A stretch of DNA of 64,000 nucleotides from Octopus vulgaris (Eukaryota), in NCBI GenBank assembly GCA_951406725.2, contig OX597827.1:61504001-61568000 (forward strand), read 5' to 3'. This document shows, piece by piece, positions 36,606 to 49,932 of the stretch (position 1 is the first letter of the stretch; each line of letters begins with the position of its first letter). The notes under the pieces are model-generated. The model was not told the origin of the DNA. It did not search any database and saw only the letters and a program-made list of their open reading frames with translations. The position numbers and the translations under genes were made by a program.

Positions 36606-36747
36606 AGGTGATCCTTTGCCAGGGAAGTCCTGGTTCTCTATGGTTACTGACAAACATCGTTCCTGCTCGACAAGGAAGTTCTTTATCTCCCATGCTTTTG
36701 AGCCATCTTTCAACATGAAAATTGCTCGGTTGTCACTGATTAAATAT
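36606..36747 (-). CDS. MESD: MESD exon 4 (YLISDNRAIFMLKDGSKAWEIKNFLVEQERC...FPGKGSP)
   Basis: RAIFML.DGS.AWEIK.FLV.Q.RC MESD signature; TGCAG| acceptor, CCT|GTTAGT donor; phase 2/0. Confidence 0.93.
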
Positions 36748-37025
36748 CTGCAATACACAAAAATGAATATGTTAATAATAGAATTTAAGGACTTAGAAAA
36801 CTCATGCTTGAGCTTCTTGAAAACCAAGGTTATTTATAATTTTGTTATACATGATTAATAAAACAAGGGAAACAAAATTTTTTTTTTTATTTTCATAAAA
36901 TTTGGACTTTATAGGCACAGTCAATGGCTCCATGGTCAAGAAGTTTGCTTTGCAACTATGTCGTTTTGAGTTCAATCCCATAGCCTTGTGAATGAATTTG
37001 GTAAACGGAAACTGTGCCGAAGCCC

Positions 37026-37145
<120 letters not shown>

Positions 37146-38779
37146 TGTTGGTTTGCCTCCCACCCATCCACTGCTTGACAACCAATGTTGGTTTGTTTAT
37201 GTCTCCATAAATTCGCAGTTCAGCAACAGTCTGAAACAATAAGTACCAGACTTTGAAAAAAAAAAAAAATGCAAGGGTCAATCTGTTCAACTAAAACCCT
37301 TTCAATCAGTGCAGCAGTGCTCCTGAATGGCCACAGTCCAATGGCTGAAATAAATAAATGACAAAAGATCTCCATGAACTGAAAGTCTTTAGAGTATTGG
37401 ATAGAATGCCTTGCAGTAGTTGTTACAAATTTTTGTGCTCTGAGTTCAAATCCTGCCACGGTCAACTTTGCCTTTCATCTTTTCAAGATCAAGAAAAAAG
37501 ACAGTATTAATCCAGGGCAGAACCGTTAGAGGGTCAGGCAAGATACCTTATGGTATTTGCTCTGGTCACTTTGTGTTCTGACAGCAACACCCACAGTCAC
37601 ACCAATACCAGGCTGGTGGCCTTTCCCTTTGGTTAACCTTGGCACATCTTGTTGCTGTATGAGTTTTCTCTCTTCTTGATGCAACATGATGCGTCAACAA
37701 CTACAGGGGAGAAAACTGGTACAGCAACATGATGTGCCTAAATATTTTTTTTCGTCCTTTTCAAGCCTAGCCAGGCTCATGGGGTCGGTTTCCTGGTTTC
37801 TATGGCATATGTGTTCCCCCTCAGCTGGACAGGATGCCAGTCCATCGCAGTGTTACTCAAGAAACAGGAAGAAAGAGTGAGAGAAAGTTGGGGCGAAAGT
37901 ACAACAGGGGTCACCACCAACCCCTGCCAGAGCCTCATGGAGCTTTAGGTGTTTTCGCACAATAAACACACACAACGCCTGGTCTGGTAATCGAAACCAC
38001 GATCCTCCGACCACGAGTCCACTGCCCTAACCACTGGGCCATTGCACCACCACCTAAAAGTGCCTAAATGTGCTAAAGTTTAAATATCAGTAGCATGGAA
38101 AAAGGCAACATGCTTTCACGGGCAACAGCCAATCATCCTTAGGAAATCTTGCCCAGCCCATGCCTACTCAAACAAGTACAGTGGTATGATCAACCTTGAC
38201 CAATGGAGGCCCTATACCATCATTGTATCATCATCACCACTTAACATCCATCTCCGATGCTGGCATTGGTTGGACAGTCTGACAGGGACCAATAAGTCCA
38301 AGGACTGCAAAAATGCTCTAGTGTCTGCTTTAGGCATAGTTTCTATGGCTTGATGCCCTGCTTAACACAAACCACTTTACAGCATGTACTTGGTGCTTTT
38401 TTCATACCACCATCACTATTGAGGCTGCTATGCAGCTCAGAGGAGTATGAGAAATTTGTGGAGCACCAAAATCTCAAAGCTTGATCCGTTAGAATTAGTA
38501 GCTAAATCTCCTTTTAACTCTTTCATATTTAGATTACTCTGTCAAATGCTTATTTATTAACAAATGTTTTGAACTAAATGGGCAATAAAGAAATAAGAAG
38601 ACATAATCCAAAGGTGCAACAAAGCGGGACTGAACCTGAAACCATGTGGCTACAAAGTGAGCTTCTTAACCACACAGCCATTCCTGCATTGATGAGAAAT
38701 TGAAAAAAAAAGAAAAAAAAACAAAACATAAAAAACATAAAAACAATGACTATAAAGGGACAGTGGATTGTTTCCTTAC

Positions 38780-38861
38780 CGTGTAATATCTATGTTTGCG
38801 TTATATAAACTGCTCTGCCACAGTGACGTAATTTCTTCAGTCTCGTGCCGTGCAGGGTCAC
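38780..38861 (-). CDS. MESD: MESD exon 3 (GDPARHETEEITSLWQSSLYNANIDITR)
   Basis: ETEEITSLWQ.SL.NAN signature; AACAG| and |GTAAGG; 82 nt, phase 1/2. Confidence 0.95.
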
Positions 38862-39912
38862 CTGTTAGTGAGAAGAGATGTTCATGGTTGGAATGTCTTT
38901 GATCACAGGCTTGCACAATCAAGGCTAACTAGAGGCTAAACACTACCAGCAACAACATCAACAATAACACAAAGCCAACAAGGGCAGGAGCCTCCTCAAA
39001 GTCACTCAAAACATCTTTTATCTTTTACTTGTTTCAGTCACTGGACTGCAGCCATGCTGGACTGCTGCCTCAAAGAGTTTTCAGCCAAACAAATTGACTC
39101 TTCATCATCATTGTCATCATCACTTAACATCCATCTCCCATGCTGGCATGGGTTGGACAGTTTGACAGTTAAGGCAGCAAACTGGCAGAAACGTTAGCGC
39201 GCCGGGAGAAATACTTAGCGGTATTTCGTTTGCCATTACGTTCTGAGTTCAAATTCCGCCGAGGTCAACTTTGCCTTTCATCCTTCCGGGGGTCGATAAA
39301 TTAAGTGCCAGTTTTGCACTGGGGTCGATGTAATCGACTTAATCCCTTTGTCTGTCCTTGTTTGTCCCCTCTATGTTTAGCTCCTTTGGGTAATAAATAA
39401 ATAAGTTTGACAGGCTCCAATAAGTCCAAGGACTGCAACATGCTCTAGTGTCTGCTTTAGGCATAGTTAGACTCACTCGTTAACAAAGGGAAGGGTGGTC
39501 ACAACAACGACAACATCATCATTTTAAAGTTTACTTTTCCATGCTTGCATAGGTCAAATGTATGAATTAAATGTCTGAGACAAGTTGTTATTAATAAGAT
39601 TATAATTTTTCAAAATTTTTCAAAATTTTTCAAACTGATGCAGATTTTTTACTATAGCTAGATGTTCTTCCTGTTGTTGCCAGCTTGCACCTGTTTCCAA
39701 GTTAGGTAATATTTCCCCATGACCAGACAGGTTTTCATGAAAGATTGTAACCACAGGATACTGCTTGTATGAGGATGACACACATTCACAGCTACTGTGC
39801 ACTGTCAAAGTAAGAAAATAGTTACACACACACACACACACACAACAGGAATTTTTTTTGTTATTTATTCACCATTACACACGTTTCGTTTGCTAATAGG
39901 AATCTTTAAAAG

Positions 39913-40235
39913 GAGCACTCCGCCAGTTTTGACGACGAGGGTCCTGATATGATCAATGGAACAGCTTGCTCATGAAATTAACGTGCAAGTGGCTGAGCAC
40001 TCCACAAACACGTGTACCCTTAACGTAGTCCTCAGGGAGATTCAGCATGACACAGTGTGTGACAAGGCTGGCCCTTTGAAATACAGGTACTACTCATTTT
40101 TGCCAGCTCAGTCAACTGGAACAATGTGAAATAAAGTGCCTTGCCCAAGGACACAACATGCCACTGGGAATTGAACTCACAACCTTTCAATCATGAGCCA
40201 AATGCCCCCTAACCACTAAGTCACGTGCCTTCACC
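39913..40235 (-). mobile_element. tRNA-derived CORE-like SINE (family E)
   Basis: Reverse complement of 40555-40878. Confidence 0.75.
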
Positions 40236-40554
40236 TAATAGGAATTACACCTAAATCATCATAGTTAACTCTGAAGTCACCTATAGAAAACTTCAAAAGG
40301 AATATAAAACATTATGTTACCAGACAGTAAATTGGTGGATTGGTTACAGAATCAAATAGAATGCCCTGCAGTATTTCTTCCAGCTCCCTGTACTCTCAAG
40401 TTCAAATTCCACCAAGGTCAACTTTGCCTTTTATTCTGTAGAGGTTTTTTTAAATAAAATACAAGGGCAATTTTTCTCTCTCTTTCTCTCTTCCTTTTCT
40501 TCCTTCAATTTCCCCACTTCACTCTCTGTTTAAATCAGACTATTTTGCACTGTG

Positions 40555-40878
40555 TGAAGGCGCGTGGCTTAGTGGTTAGGGGCATTTGGCTCATGATCGT
40601 AAGGTCGTGAGTTCAATTCCTGGCGGCGCGTTGTGTCCTTCAACAAGACACTTTATTTTCATGTTGCTCCAGTCCACTCAGCTGGCAAAAATGAGTAGTA
40701 TCTGTATTCCAAAGGATCAGCCTTGTCACACTCTGTGTCACTCAATCTCCCCGAGAGCTATGTTAAGGGTACACGTGTCTGTGGAGTACTCAGCCACTTG
40801 CATGTTAATTTCACGAGCAAGCTGTTCCGTTGATCGTATCAGCTGGTACCCTCGTCGTCGCAACCGACGGAGTGCATT
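40555..40878 (+). mobile_element. tRNA-derived CORE-like SINE (family E)
   Basis: GGCGCGTGGCTTAGTGGTTAG A box, GAGTTCAATTCC B box, TTGTGTCCTT...AAGACACTT CORE-like block. Confidence 0.78.
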
Positions 40879-41060
40879 TTGCACTGCAAGAAGAGTTGCT
40901 GGGAAACTGCTTACAGCGTCTCCCGTTATCCAAAAATAGAGAAGGGCTGAGTGAGGGGCTGCCAACCTCTTAACAAACTGTATGCCACTAGAACTGTCCA
41001 AAGATAGACCAATATCCAATATCCAGGCCAATATGGAAAAAGGAAATAAAGAATACTTAC

Positions 41061-41214
41061 CAGAAACTGACACAAACATCATTAAAGTTTTGCCTTTTTT
41101 GCTCATCATGAGAAGTTCTTCAGGTTTATTGGAGTCATACTTGGAGAAATCAACTGCTGGTGCTTCTCTTTTCCATTCTGGAAGTTCATCTGGTTCCAGT
41201 TCTTCATCTCCTTC
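41061..41214 (-). CDS. MESD: MESD exon 2 (EGDEELEPDELPEWKR...KKGKTLMMFVSVSG)
   Basis: LPE.KR and KKGKTLMMFV.VSG signatures; TTGTAG| and |GTAAGT; 154 nt, phase 0/1. Confidence 0.96.
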
Positions 41215-41917
41215 CTACAAGAACAAACACTTGATGGTTAATAAATAAATTATTACAAAAAAAAAAAAAGTGTGAAACCCTTCTTAACAGTTCCTTTCTA
41301 TAACCCTTTAGTGTTTAAACCAGCCATATCTGGCCCAAATAATCCCAAATATCCGGCCCAAATAATCTACCTGTTTTCTATTAAAACAGCCCAGGTTTGG
41401 TATCTCACACCAACCTATAATGTCAATCTAAAAACAGGTAATAACATCATCGAAATCTTGAAGATACAGGATTATGCATGATTAATTATGCATGTAGCTA
41501 TAACATTTTGATGATGTGACTGTTTATTTTTAGAATGACATTGTAGGGTAGGTGTAAGAGGTTAGATCTGACCAGTTCAAACATAAAACTGGAAGAATAT
41601 TTTGGGATAGATGTGGCCAGTTTAAATGCTAAAGAATTACAGAATATAATCCAAACCTTTCTTCTATATTTCTTTTTACTTTTTTATACGTTTCAGTCAT
41701 TGGACAGTGGCCATGCTGGGGCAGTGCCTTGAAGGGTTTAGTCGAACAAACTGATCCTAGAAGTTATTTTATCAATTTCTTTTGCTGAACTGCTAGGGTA
41801 TGGGAATGTAAACAAACCAGCAACGGGTGTCAAGCAGTGTTGGTGCTGGCTAACAGAAAAACACATACACACACACTAGCCATTACACATTATTTTTTCT
41901 CCTTGTTTCTTTCTGTG

Positions 41918-41958
41918 TTCCTTCCTGAAGAAGAGTGTAGGCTCGAAATGTTAAAGAC
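41918..41958 (+). ncRNA. Degenerate minimal hammerhead motif in a Penelope-like fragment (~41895-42050)
   Basis: CTGAAGA-AGAG-TGTAGG-CTC-GAAA-TGT-TA-AAGAC; core and stem II intact, stems I and III imperfect. Confidence 0.45.
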
Positions 41959-43985
41959 TTTTTCACTTTCCGAGCATTATAATAATACATCTGTTTGTTG
42001 TCTACACCACCTGTCTTCGTCTTTTGTTTTTTTTGTGAATTCTCCCTACATATATACAGGGGAGGAGTATTTGTCCCCTACTAGTGCTTGATACCAACTG
42101 CTGTTAGTTCATTTATATCCCTGTATCAGTAGTTCAGCAAAAGAGATCAATAGAATAAGTAACATACTTTTAAAAAGAAGTACTGGGGTCGATTTGTTCA
42201 ACTAAACTCTTCAAATCGGTGCTCCAGCATGGTCACAGACCAGTGACTGAAGTAAAAGAAAATAGGAGAAAAGATCTCTATACTATCTGGTAAAACTTCA
42301 TGGCCACAGCGAGGGGGAGAGAGGAAGGTAAGAGGGAATAGAGGGAGAGAGAGAGAGAAAGAAAGGGAGCAGAGTGTGGTAGAGAGAAGGGGGAAGTAGA
42401 GAGAGAGAGATAGACAGACAGAGAGGGTGAGAGAGACAGACAGAGAGATAGAGTTCCAAGAATGAGATCAAGAGGGGAAGTAACAAAAGTGAAATGCAAA
42501 TTAATTAACTGAGATGGTGGTGACAGGCACAAGAGCCAAGGTTTCAGAGAAACTTGGTACCAGGCACAGAACATGGTATGAAAGAGAAGCAACAGAGAGA
42601 AGAGGACAACAACAACAACAAACAAGGAACAAACCAGAAACATTCATAATCATCAAATGTCTGTAAAATGATACAGGATGTCTAGATAATTACTTTATGA
42701 TAATTCAATAAGGTGGAGGCACGTGGTTTAGTGGTTAGGGTGTCAGCATCATGATCGTAAGATTGTGGTTTCGATTCCTGGACCGGGCGACGCATTGTGT
42801 TCTTGAGCAAAACACTTCATTTCACGTTGCTCCAGTCCACTCAGCTGGCAAAAATGAGTAACGCTGCGATGGACTGGCGTCCTGTCCAGCTGGGGAACAC
42901 ATATGCCATTGAAACCAGGAAACCGGGCCCATGAGCCTGGCTAGGCTTTAAAATTGCACATTTATTATTATTTTTTTTAATTAATTCAATACATCTGATT
43001 GCAAACATGGCTGTGTGGTTAAGATGCCCACTTTGCAACCATGTGGTTTGTGGTTCAGTCCTACAGTACCTTGGGCAAGTGTCTACTATGGTCCCAGGCT
43101 CACCAATGTCTTGTGAGTGAATTTGGTAAATGGAAACCATGTGGAAGCCTGTTGTTTGTACATATCTATGTGTGGGGGTGAAAGTGGATGGCTGAGTGGT
43201 TAGGGTGTTGCACTTACGAGCATAAGATTATCATCATCATCATCATTTAACATCCGTTTTCCATGCTAGCATGGGTTGGACGGTTCGACTGGGGTTTGGT
43301 AAGCCATGGAGGCTGCACCAGGCTCTAGTCTGATTTGGCAGTGTTTCTACAGCTGGATGCCCTTCTTAACGCCAACCACTCCATGAGTGTAGTGGTTGCC
43401 TTTTACGTGCCACCGGCACAGGGGTCAGAGCAGACTGGCAAACGGCCACGATCGTTGGTGCTTTTATGTGTCACCGACATGGACGCCAGTCGGGCGGTGC
43501 TAATATCTGCCACGTTCGGACGGTGCTTTTTACGTGTCACCGGTACAGGTGTCTTAACTACAATTTCCATTTGAATCTTTATTTTGATGCTGACGTACTT
43601 GACTCAAGAGGTCTCCTCAAGAACAGCGGGTCACTCTACGATCCAAGGTTAGCACAGCAGGCCATCCTGCAAGCCATGAACTCACTTCATTTGTCAGGTC
43701 TTCGAAGTCACAGCATATCTCCAGATCATGGTTTCAATTCTCAGACCAGCACTGTGTTATGTTCTTGAGTAAGACACTTCATTTCATGTCGTTCCAGTCC
43801 ACTCAGCTGTAAATGGCTGACCCTGCAACGGACTGGCTTCTTGTTCAGAGCCACTTAAAGTGTCATACTGCATTACTACTTAATATTCTGTTGCTTATTT
43901 TGATTTTATTCACCTTACTTCGAGCTGTGCGGATAATACCGGACTGACTTGGTGCTTCAACATAAGTACCTAATTCAACTGAATC

Positions 43986-44030
<45 letters not shown>

Positions 44031-45148
44031 CATACATACACATGTGAATGTGTGCATGTCTGTTGCGCTTGTCATCCATCACTGCATGTTTGTGGCCCCC
44101 GTAACTAAGCAGTTCAGCAGAAAAAGACTGACGGAATAAGTATCGGTCTTTACAAAAAAAGATAAGTACTAGAGTCAGTTTGTTAAACTAAAACCTTCAA
44201 GGTGGTGCTCCAGCATAACCTCAGTCCAACGACTGAAACAAGTAAAAGAATATAAAGAATATAAACAAGGCCAAAAAGTTGATTACATCGTTTCTCATTA
44301 TTTTACTAGTACTGTACTTCATTTCCACAGGAGACGCAAAGCAAAATTGACCATTGCTGGATTTGAACTCAGAATATCAAGAGTTAGAACAAATACAGCA
44401 AGGAATTACGTCCAGTTCAGCCGGGGCACCGCCCACTTTGGATAATAATTGTTCCCGATTTGGACACAAGGCTAACAATTTCAAGGGGGAAAAGTTAGTC
44501 GATTACAATTGACTCTAGTAACAGATTGGTACTTTATTTTATCGACCCCGGTTTGACATCAGTAGAATTTGAATACAGAACATAAGGAATCAGAAGAAAT
44601 ACCGGTGCCTAAACAGAAATATTGTCAAAATAATCCTCAAAACATTTTGTTTGATCCTACCAAAGCATCGTCCATTTCTATTAATAATAACGATGGCCTG
44701 AAATTTTAAGGGGTGAGTTAAGTACGCGATATCATCTACCATAGTATTTCACAGGTATATTATTTTATCGACCGTGAAAAAATAAGAATGTGATCTAGTC
44801 GGGGTTTGGACACAGAACATAAAACTCTGGAAGAAATACGGCAGAGCATTTCTTCTGACGCTCTAAAGAATCTGCCAGCACGCTGCCCTGCCATAAATAA
44901 CAATAATTCTTTTCTACTACAGACACAATTTTGAGGGAGACGGGTTAGTCCGGTATTTACATGGATACTTATTTTATCGACCCCGAAAGGATGAAAGGCA
45001 AGGTTGACCTCGGCGGAATTTACACTCAGAACAGAAAAGACGAACGAAATGCCACCATACATCTTGTCCAGCGTGTCAACAATTCACCCATCTCGTGCCT
45101 TATCCTACCATTAGGAATAATAACAATAGTAAACAAACATATTCTCAC

Positions 45149-45328
45149 CTCCCACTGTTCATATAATCGCTCCAGGTCAGCTTCGCTGTAGTCGCGGATG
45201 TCTTTCTTCTTCCAGCTGTCCGCGCTATCCTGATCAGTTGACTTCAGTTTGGACTTCTCTGCTGTCGCCGCAACATTATGTAAAAGCGAAAACAGACACA
45301 AAATATAGAAGCAGACAATCTTGGACAT
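45149..45328 (-). CDS. MESD: MESD exon 1 (signal peptide; KKKDIRDYSEADLERLYEQWE)
   Basis: Hydrophobic signal peptide plus KKKDIRDY..AD..RL.EQWE signature; GAG|GTGAGA donor; 180 nt, phase 0. Confidence 0.95.
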
Positions 45329-45389
45329 CGTGAAGGAATGACACACTATAAATGGAATTCCTCGCCTTGTCTTTTAATGAACACGCCGT

Positions 45390-45512
45390 CTCTTTTGATT
45401 GGTTGTTTGGCATTACAGTAAAGTTGACCGCAGATTCCTAACCACACACTCGTAATGGAATAGTAAGTGAATGTGCGCGTATGCGTAATTGGGTGTAAGT
45501 GCGCGCGAGCAT
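45390..45512 (-). promoter_or_regulatory. MESD proximal promoter: CCAAT box and CpG/GCGC-rich motifs
   Basis: ATTGG at 45398-45402; TGCGCGTATGCG and GCGCGCG at 45474-45507 in otherwise CpG-poor DNA. Confidence 0.45.
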
Positions 45513-45771
45513 ATTATGTGAAAAATACAGCCAAAAAGTCAATAAAGTAAAAATTAAATAAATACATAAAACAGTTAATGAAATTCGAAAAGTAGTTCTT
45601 CATATTCACGAAAATATCCACTTCTAAAAACAAGCCAACATTTGTAAGATGTCAAGTACACACTAATTGCTTTATAAATTTCTCCTTGTCCTCTTGTTAT
45701 TGTTGCTTAGAAAAAAAATCTTCAACGCTTGTAATTAACGAACAGAGTATTCTATAGATATTTTTTAAATA

Positions 45772-45913
45772 TTAGGTTGTCCCAAAAAGTTCGTAAACAC
45801 TTGCGAAAATTGAAGTTTTACTCGCCAAGTACTAACAAAAACAACAAAAATTATTCCTCAAAATAAAGACCATTATTTTCCAAGACTTTCTACGAACTTT
45901 TGGGACAACCTTA
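45772..45913. mobile_element. Mariner-type MITE upstream of MESD
   Basis: TTAGGTTGTCCCAAAAAGTTCGTA ... TACGAACTTTTGGGACAACCTTA inverted termini, TA flanks. Confidence 0.8.
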
Positions 45914-47964
45914 TATTTTCCCTTTAATTACTATTACTCCCTGGTGATTGCTAATTCAAAGTATTAGATTAGTAGAACTGTTAGTATTTAGTTTCAATTT
46001 CTTAAGTTCTAAGTTCGAATCACACCAAAGTTAATTTTGTAGGTAAAACTACAGATGCGTACCTCTCTGCCTCACCCACCCACCGATTTTGTTTCGTTAT
46101 GACTTTCTGAATAATGAATATAATTTTATTATAATTTTCCAGAGTTACATTTTAGATAGTGTAAATTAAAGTTATACTGAAACTTTTAGCGAAAAGCTTT
46201 TTTTGGATAGTTGGAGAGGAATTTCGGATAATTCACACAACTCTTATTAACTTCCTGAAAAATGGATAGTTTTTTATAAAATTTTCTATAAATATGCTTC
46301 AGATGGTAGAGATTACGATTATGTCTGAGTTTGAGGTGAAAAAAGAAAACTGTGGGTAGCATCGCGCGACGGATAATTCACATAGTCCAACTTTACTTTC
46401 TGTTATGTTTTCATAAGGTATGTGAAATAGCCGATCCGCCCACTTTTTTTTTTTTTTTTTACTCATCAAATTCCGTTATAATAATAGTCTGAAACGTATT
46501 TGTTCTTTTACTTGTTCCAGTATTTGTGTTGCGGCCATGCTGGAGCACTGCCTTGAAGGGTTTATTCAAACAAATCGCCTCCACCCCCGCTGTACTTATT
46601 TTTTAAGTCTGATACTCACACACTCTCTCTCTCTCTCTCTCTCCATCTCTCAAACCTTTAGGTTACAGTGGCGTAAACAAACCAACACTAGCTGTCAAGC
46701 GGTGGGGGGTGGGACTAACACACACACACACATGCACAGTGGGCGTCCACATAGTTTCCTTCAACCGAATTCACTCACAGGGCATTGATCGACCCAGAAC
46801 TTATAGCAGGAGACACTTGTCCAATGTGTCACAAAGTGGAATTGACTTCCTTAGTTTTGTCAATAATGGACTCTCAACTGCTAGAGAAAGCAGCAACTCA
46901 TCTCCTTGCAAGGGACATATACAAAAACAGTGCCAAAACAGGCACTGGTGTCACCATTAGCTAGTGATTAACCCCCTAACCATCAACTATCCATCTGTCA
47001 CAACTTCAAACAACCCCCCCACCACCTGCACTTTATCCTAACCTTCAGCAGCCAAGCGTCATCCACGTGCAACTGAAACACTTCATGTGAAATCTACAGA
47101 CTTCGACATTTAGATACCTCAAAAACATCCCCTAATGGAATCATACCAATCTTGTCCCCTTTGAGAATACAATCCCTATACACATCTCATTCTAATTTTG
47201 ACACAAGGCTAACAATTTTGAGGGGAGAGAGCAGTCAATTACATCCACCCAAGAGATTGACTGGTACTGGTTTTATTGATCCCAAAAGGATGAAAAGCAA
47301 AATTGGACTTGGTAGGATTGGAATTCAGAATGTAGAGTCCCAAAAAATACTCCTACACAGCACTTGTGCTGGTAGCATGTGAAAAAACATTTGAGCGAGG
47401 TCATTGCCAGTGCTGCTGGACTGGTGGCACATAAAAAACACCATTTGAGTGTGGCTGTTGCCAGTACCGCCTGACTGGCCCTTGTGCCGGTGGTATGTAA
47501 AAGCACCCACTACACTCTCGGAGTGGTTGGCATTAGGAAGGGCATCCAGCTGTAGAAACTCTGCCAGATCAAAATTGGAGCCTGGTGCAGCCATCTGGTT
47601 TGCCAGTCCTCAGTCAAATCATTCAACTCATGCTAGCATGGAAAGCAGACGTTAAACGATGATGATGATGATTTTGTCCAACTCACTAACAGTTCTGCCC
47701 GCTTACCTCCTTACAATCGCTATTAATATCCTCTCAACTAAAGCAAAAAAGGCCTGAAATTTGTGGAAAGGGTGATAATTGATTACATCAACCTGTGTTC
47801 AACTAGGGTTGATGTAATCAACCTTGAAAGGCAAAGTTGATCTTGGCAGAATTTCAACTCAGAATGTAAAGATGGGAGAAATGCCACTAAGCATCTTGTC
47901 CAGGATGCTAACGGTTCTGCCAGCTCACCCCCTTCACAATCACTACATATATATACACCCGTCT

Positions 47965-48315
47965 ACCACCCACCTTTTCAAACTCCACCCGTGGACATAT
48001 TTGCAAGGTCAGAAAACAGCACAGCTCCCATGACTTTAGGAAGCATTTTTTTCATGCTGAGAGTTGCTGAAGCATGGAACAAACTGCCGGCATCAGTTGT
48101 TAGTTGTTGGAGCACTGCATCCTTCAAAACTTCCATGCTTCCTGAGATTTGCCAACACTACACCTGATTTTCTCCCCTCCATACACACATAAGCATGTAT
48201 CTGACTCATACATTGTTCGCTTCCCAGACATTTGTACATTACTGCATATACTTAATATGCACTTTTGACAAGTTGTGGTGTACCTGAGCACTGTATACAA
48301 TAATTTCATTATTAT
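47965..48315 (+). mobile_element. CR1-type LINE 3' end, degenerate
   Basis: Same family as 49465-49750 (AGAGTTGCTGAAGCATGGAA.AAACTGCC), ATT tail. Confidence 0.75.
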
Positions 48316-49166
48316 ATAAACACAGGATGTGTGTATATCTGTGTTTGTCATGTCATTAAAACTCAAGATCCACCTGACAGGTTTTAATGAAATTTTATAC
48401 ATGCATTACATAGGGTCCATGGAGTGTCATGGGCCAAAAAAATTTTCAACTTCTTGCCTAATGCGGGCCTAAGGGGCAGATAAACCACAATTTTAAAGCA
48501 TTTTCTCAGCGTTAAGGCCCATAACTTGAAGAGTATCCAGTCACTTTCCTCCAAATTTGCAGCAAACATTAATCAGGCTCCTCGAATTGCTGTTGTCTAA
48601 AAAAATTTCTGACACCAACTATGGGGCCCGCCAAAAATGCAGATTAATCAGATTTGAGTATACTGCACTGAGTTTTATCTTTGTTTTAGGCCATTTTCCT
48701 ACGATAAAATATTGACACTACTCATGCATTATAAGTAGCATATAATATTTCATGAAAATCTTTTTGCCTAATTTGGCAGAGGAAATGAGAAGAACATTAA
48801 AATTTTTGTCAGTGCCCTGTTGATGCTTCATGTTATCATCCCATGTACCACCGGGCCTTGTGTATGTGGCTGGGTAAAGGTACAACAAACCCACTCGTCC
48901 ATTCTGCAGAAGTGCCCCGTTGTTGTTTCACGTTTCCGATCCTGCGCAACACAGCATGGCCTTCAACAGCATGTCTGCTTTCTATGCCATCCATGTCTGA
49001 ACTATATAATGCAAAATGTTCATACAAAAAAATAAACTGCTGTTGTGACTCACAGCCAATTGAGTTTCACCACGTGACCACTTCTGGAATCTACACTTGC
49101 CACCTGCAATTAGTCCCCCCACCCCACCTGTGTTCCCTCCCCGTTTAGTTTTAGTCAGAGTAAATA

Positions 49167-49932
49167 CAGGGTGTCCCAGAATTTATGATGATTTGAGTGA
49201 AATCAGATGCATATTTTTTAAAACTCACTTTTATTTACATTTATCATGTTTAATATGTGTTGAAAGTGTATAAATTTTGAATTTTGTTTATAATTCTATT
49301 TTCGTTCCTGTTGGACCCCTCTTATTTGTCCACGACAGTTTTTATCCAATTTGGCAGCAATCATTTTTCTTTTTACCTCCATCCCCATGATAGAGCAATC
49401 GTTTAGGTGAGCTTAAAGAACACATTCAGTTAGCAGTGGAGGAGTTAACTCCTGAAATGTTTCAAAATGAACACCTTTTTGATCTCCATGTGTCTAACAC
49501 ACGTGGACATGCCTACAAAGTCAGAAAACAACACAGCTCCCATGACTTTCGGAAACATTTTTTCACGCTCAGAGTTGCTGAAGCATGGAATAAACTGCCT
49601 GCGTCAGTTGTTGACTGCCATGACACTGCATCCTTTAAGGCCCTCATGCTTTCCGAAATCCGCCGAAACTACACCTGATTATATATACACTTTAGATGAG
49701 TTGTAGTGCACCTGAGCACTGTACACAATTATTATTATTATTATTATTATGTGTTTCACAACACTAAGGAGAGATTTGAAGTATGCAGGGATACAGACAT
49801 GTTGAAAATTTTCAATAAATGTCTGATGCAAGATTTATAAATTTGTTTTGTTTAGGTAATAAACATAAAATCTCGTCAGTTTTTTAAGCCTTTCCTCAAT
49901 TTTATCAAAACTGTTAATTCTGGAACACCCCG
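49167..49932. mobile_element. Tc1/mariner-type MITE hosting a CR1 insertion
   Basis: TA|CAGGGTGTCCCAGAATT ... AATTCTGGAACACCCCG terminal inverted repeats. Confidence 0.7.
49465..49750 (+). mobile_element. CR1-type LINE 3' end (ORF2 C-terminus plus (ATT)n tail)
   Basis: TRGHAYKVRK...RKHFFTLRVAEAWNKLPASVV is the CR1 ORF2 terminal motif. Confidence 0.88.
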
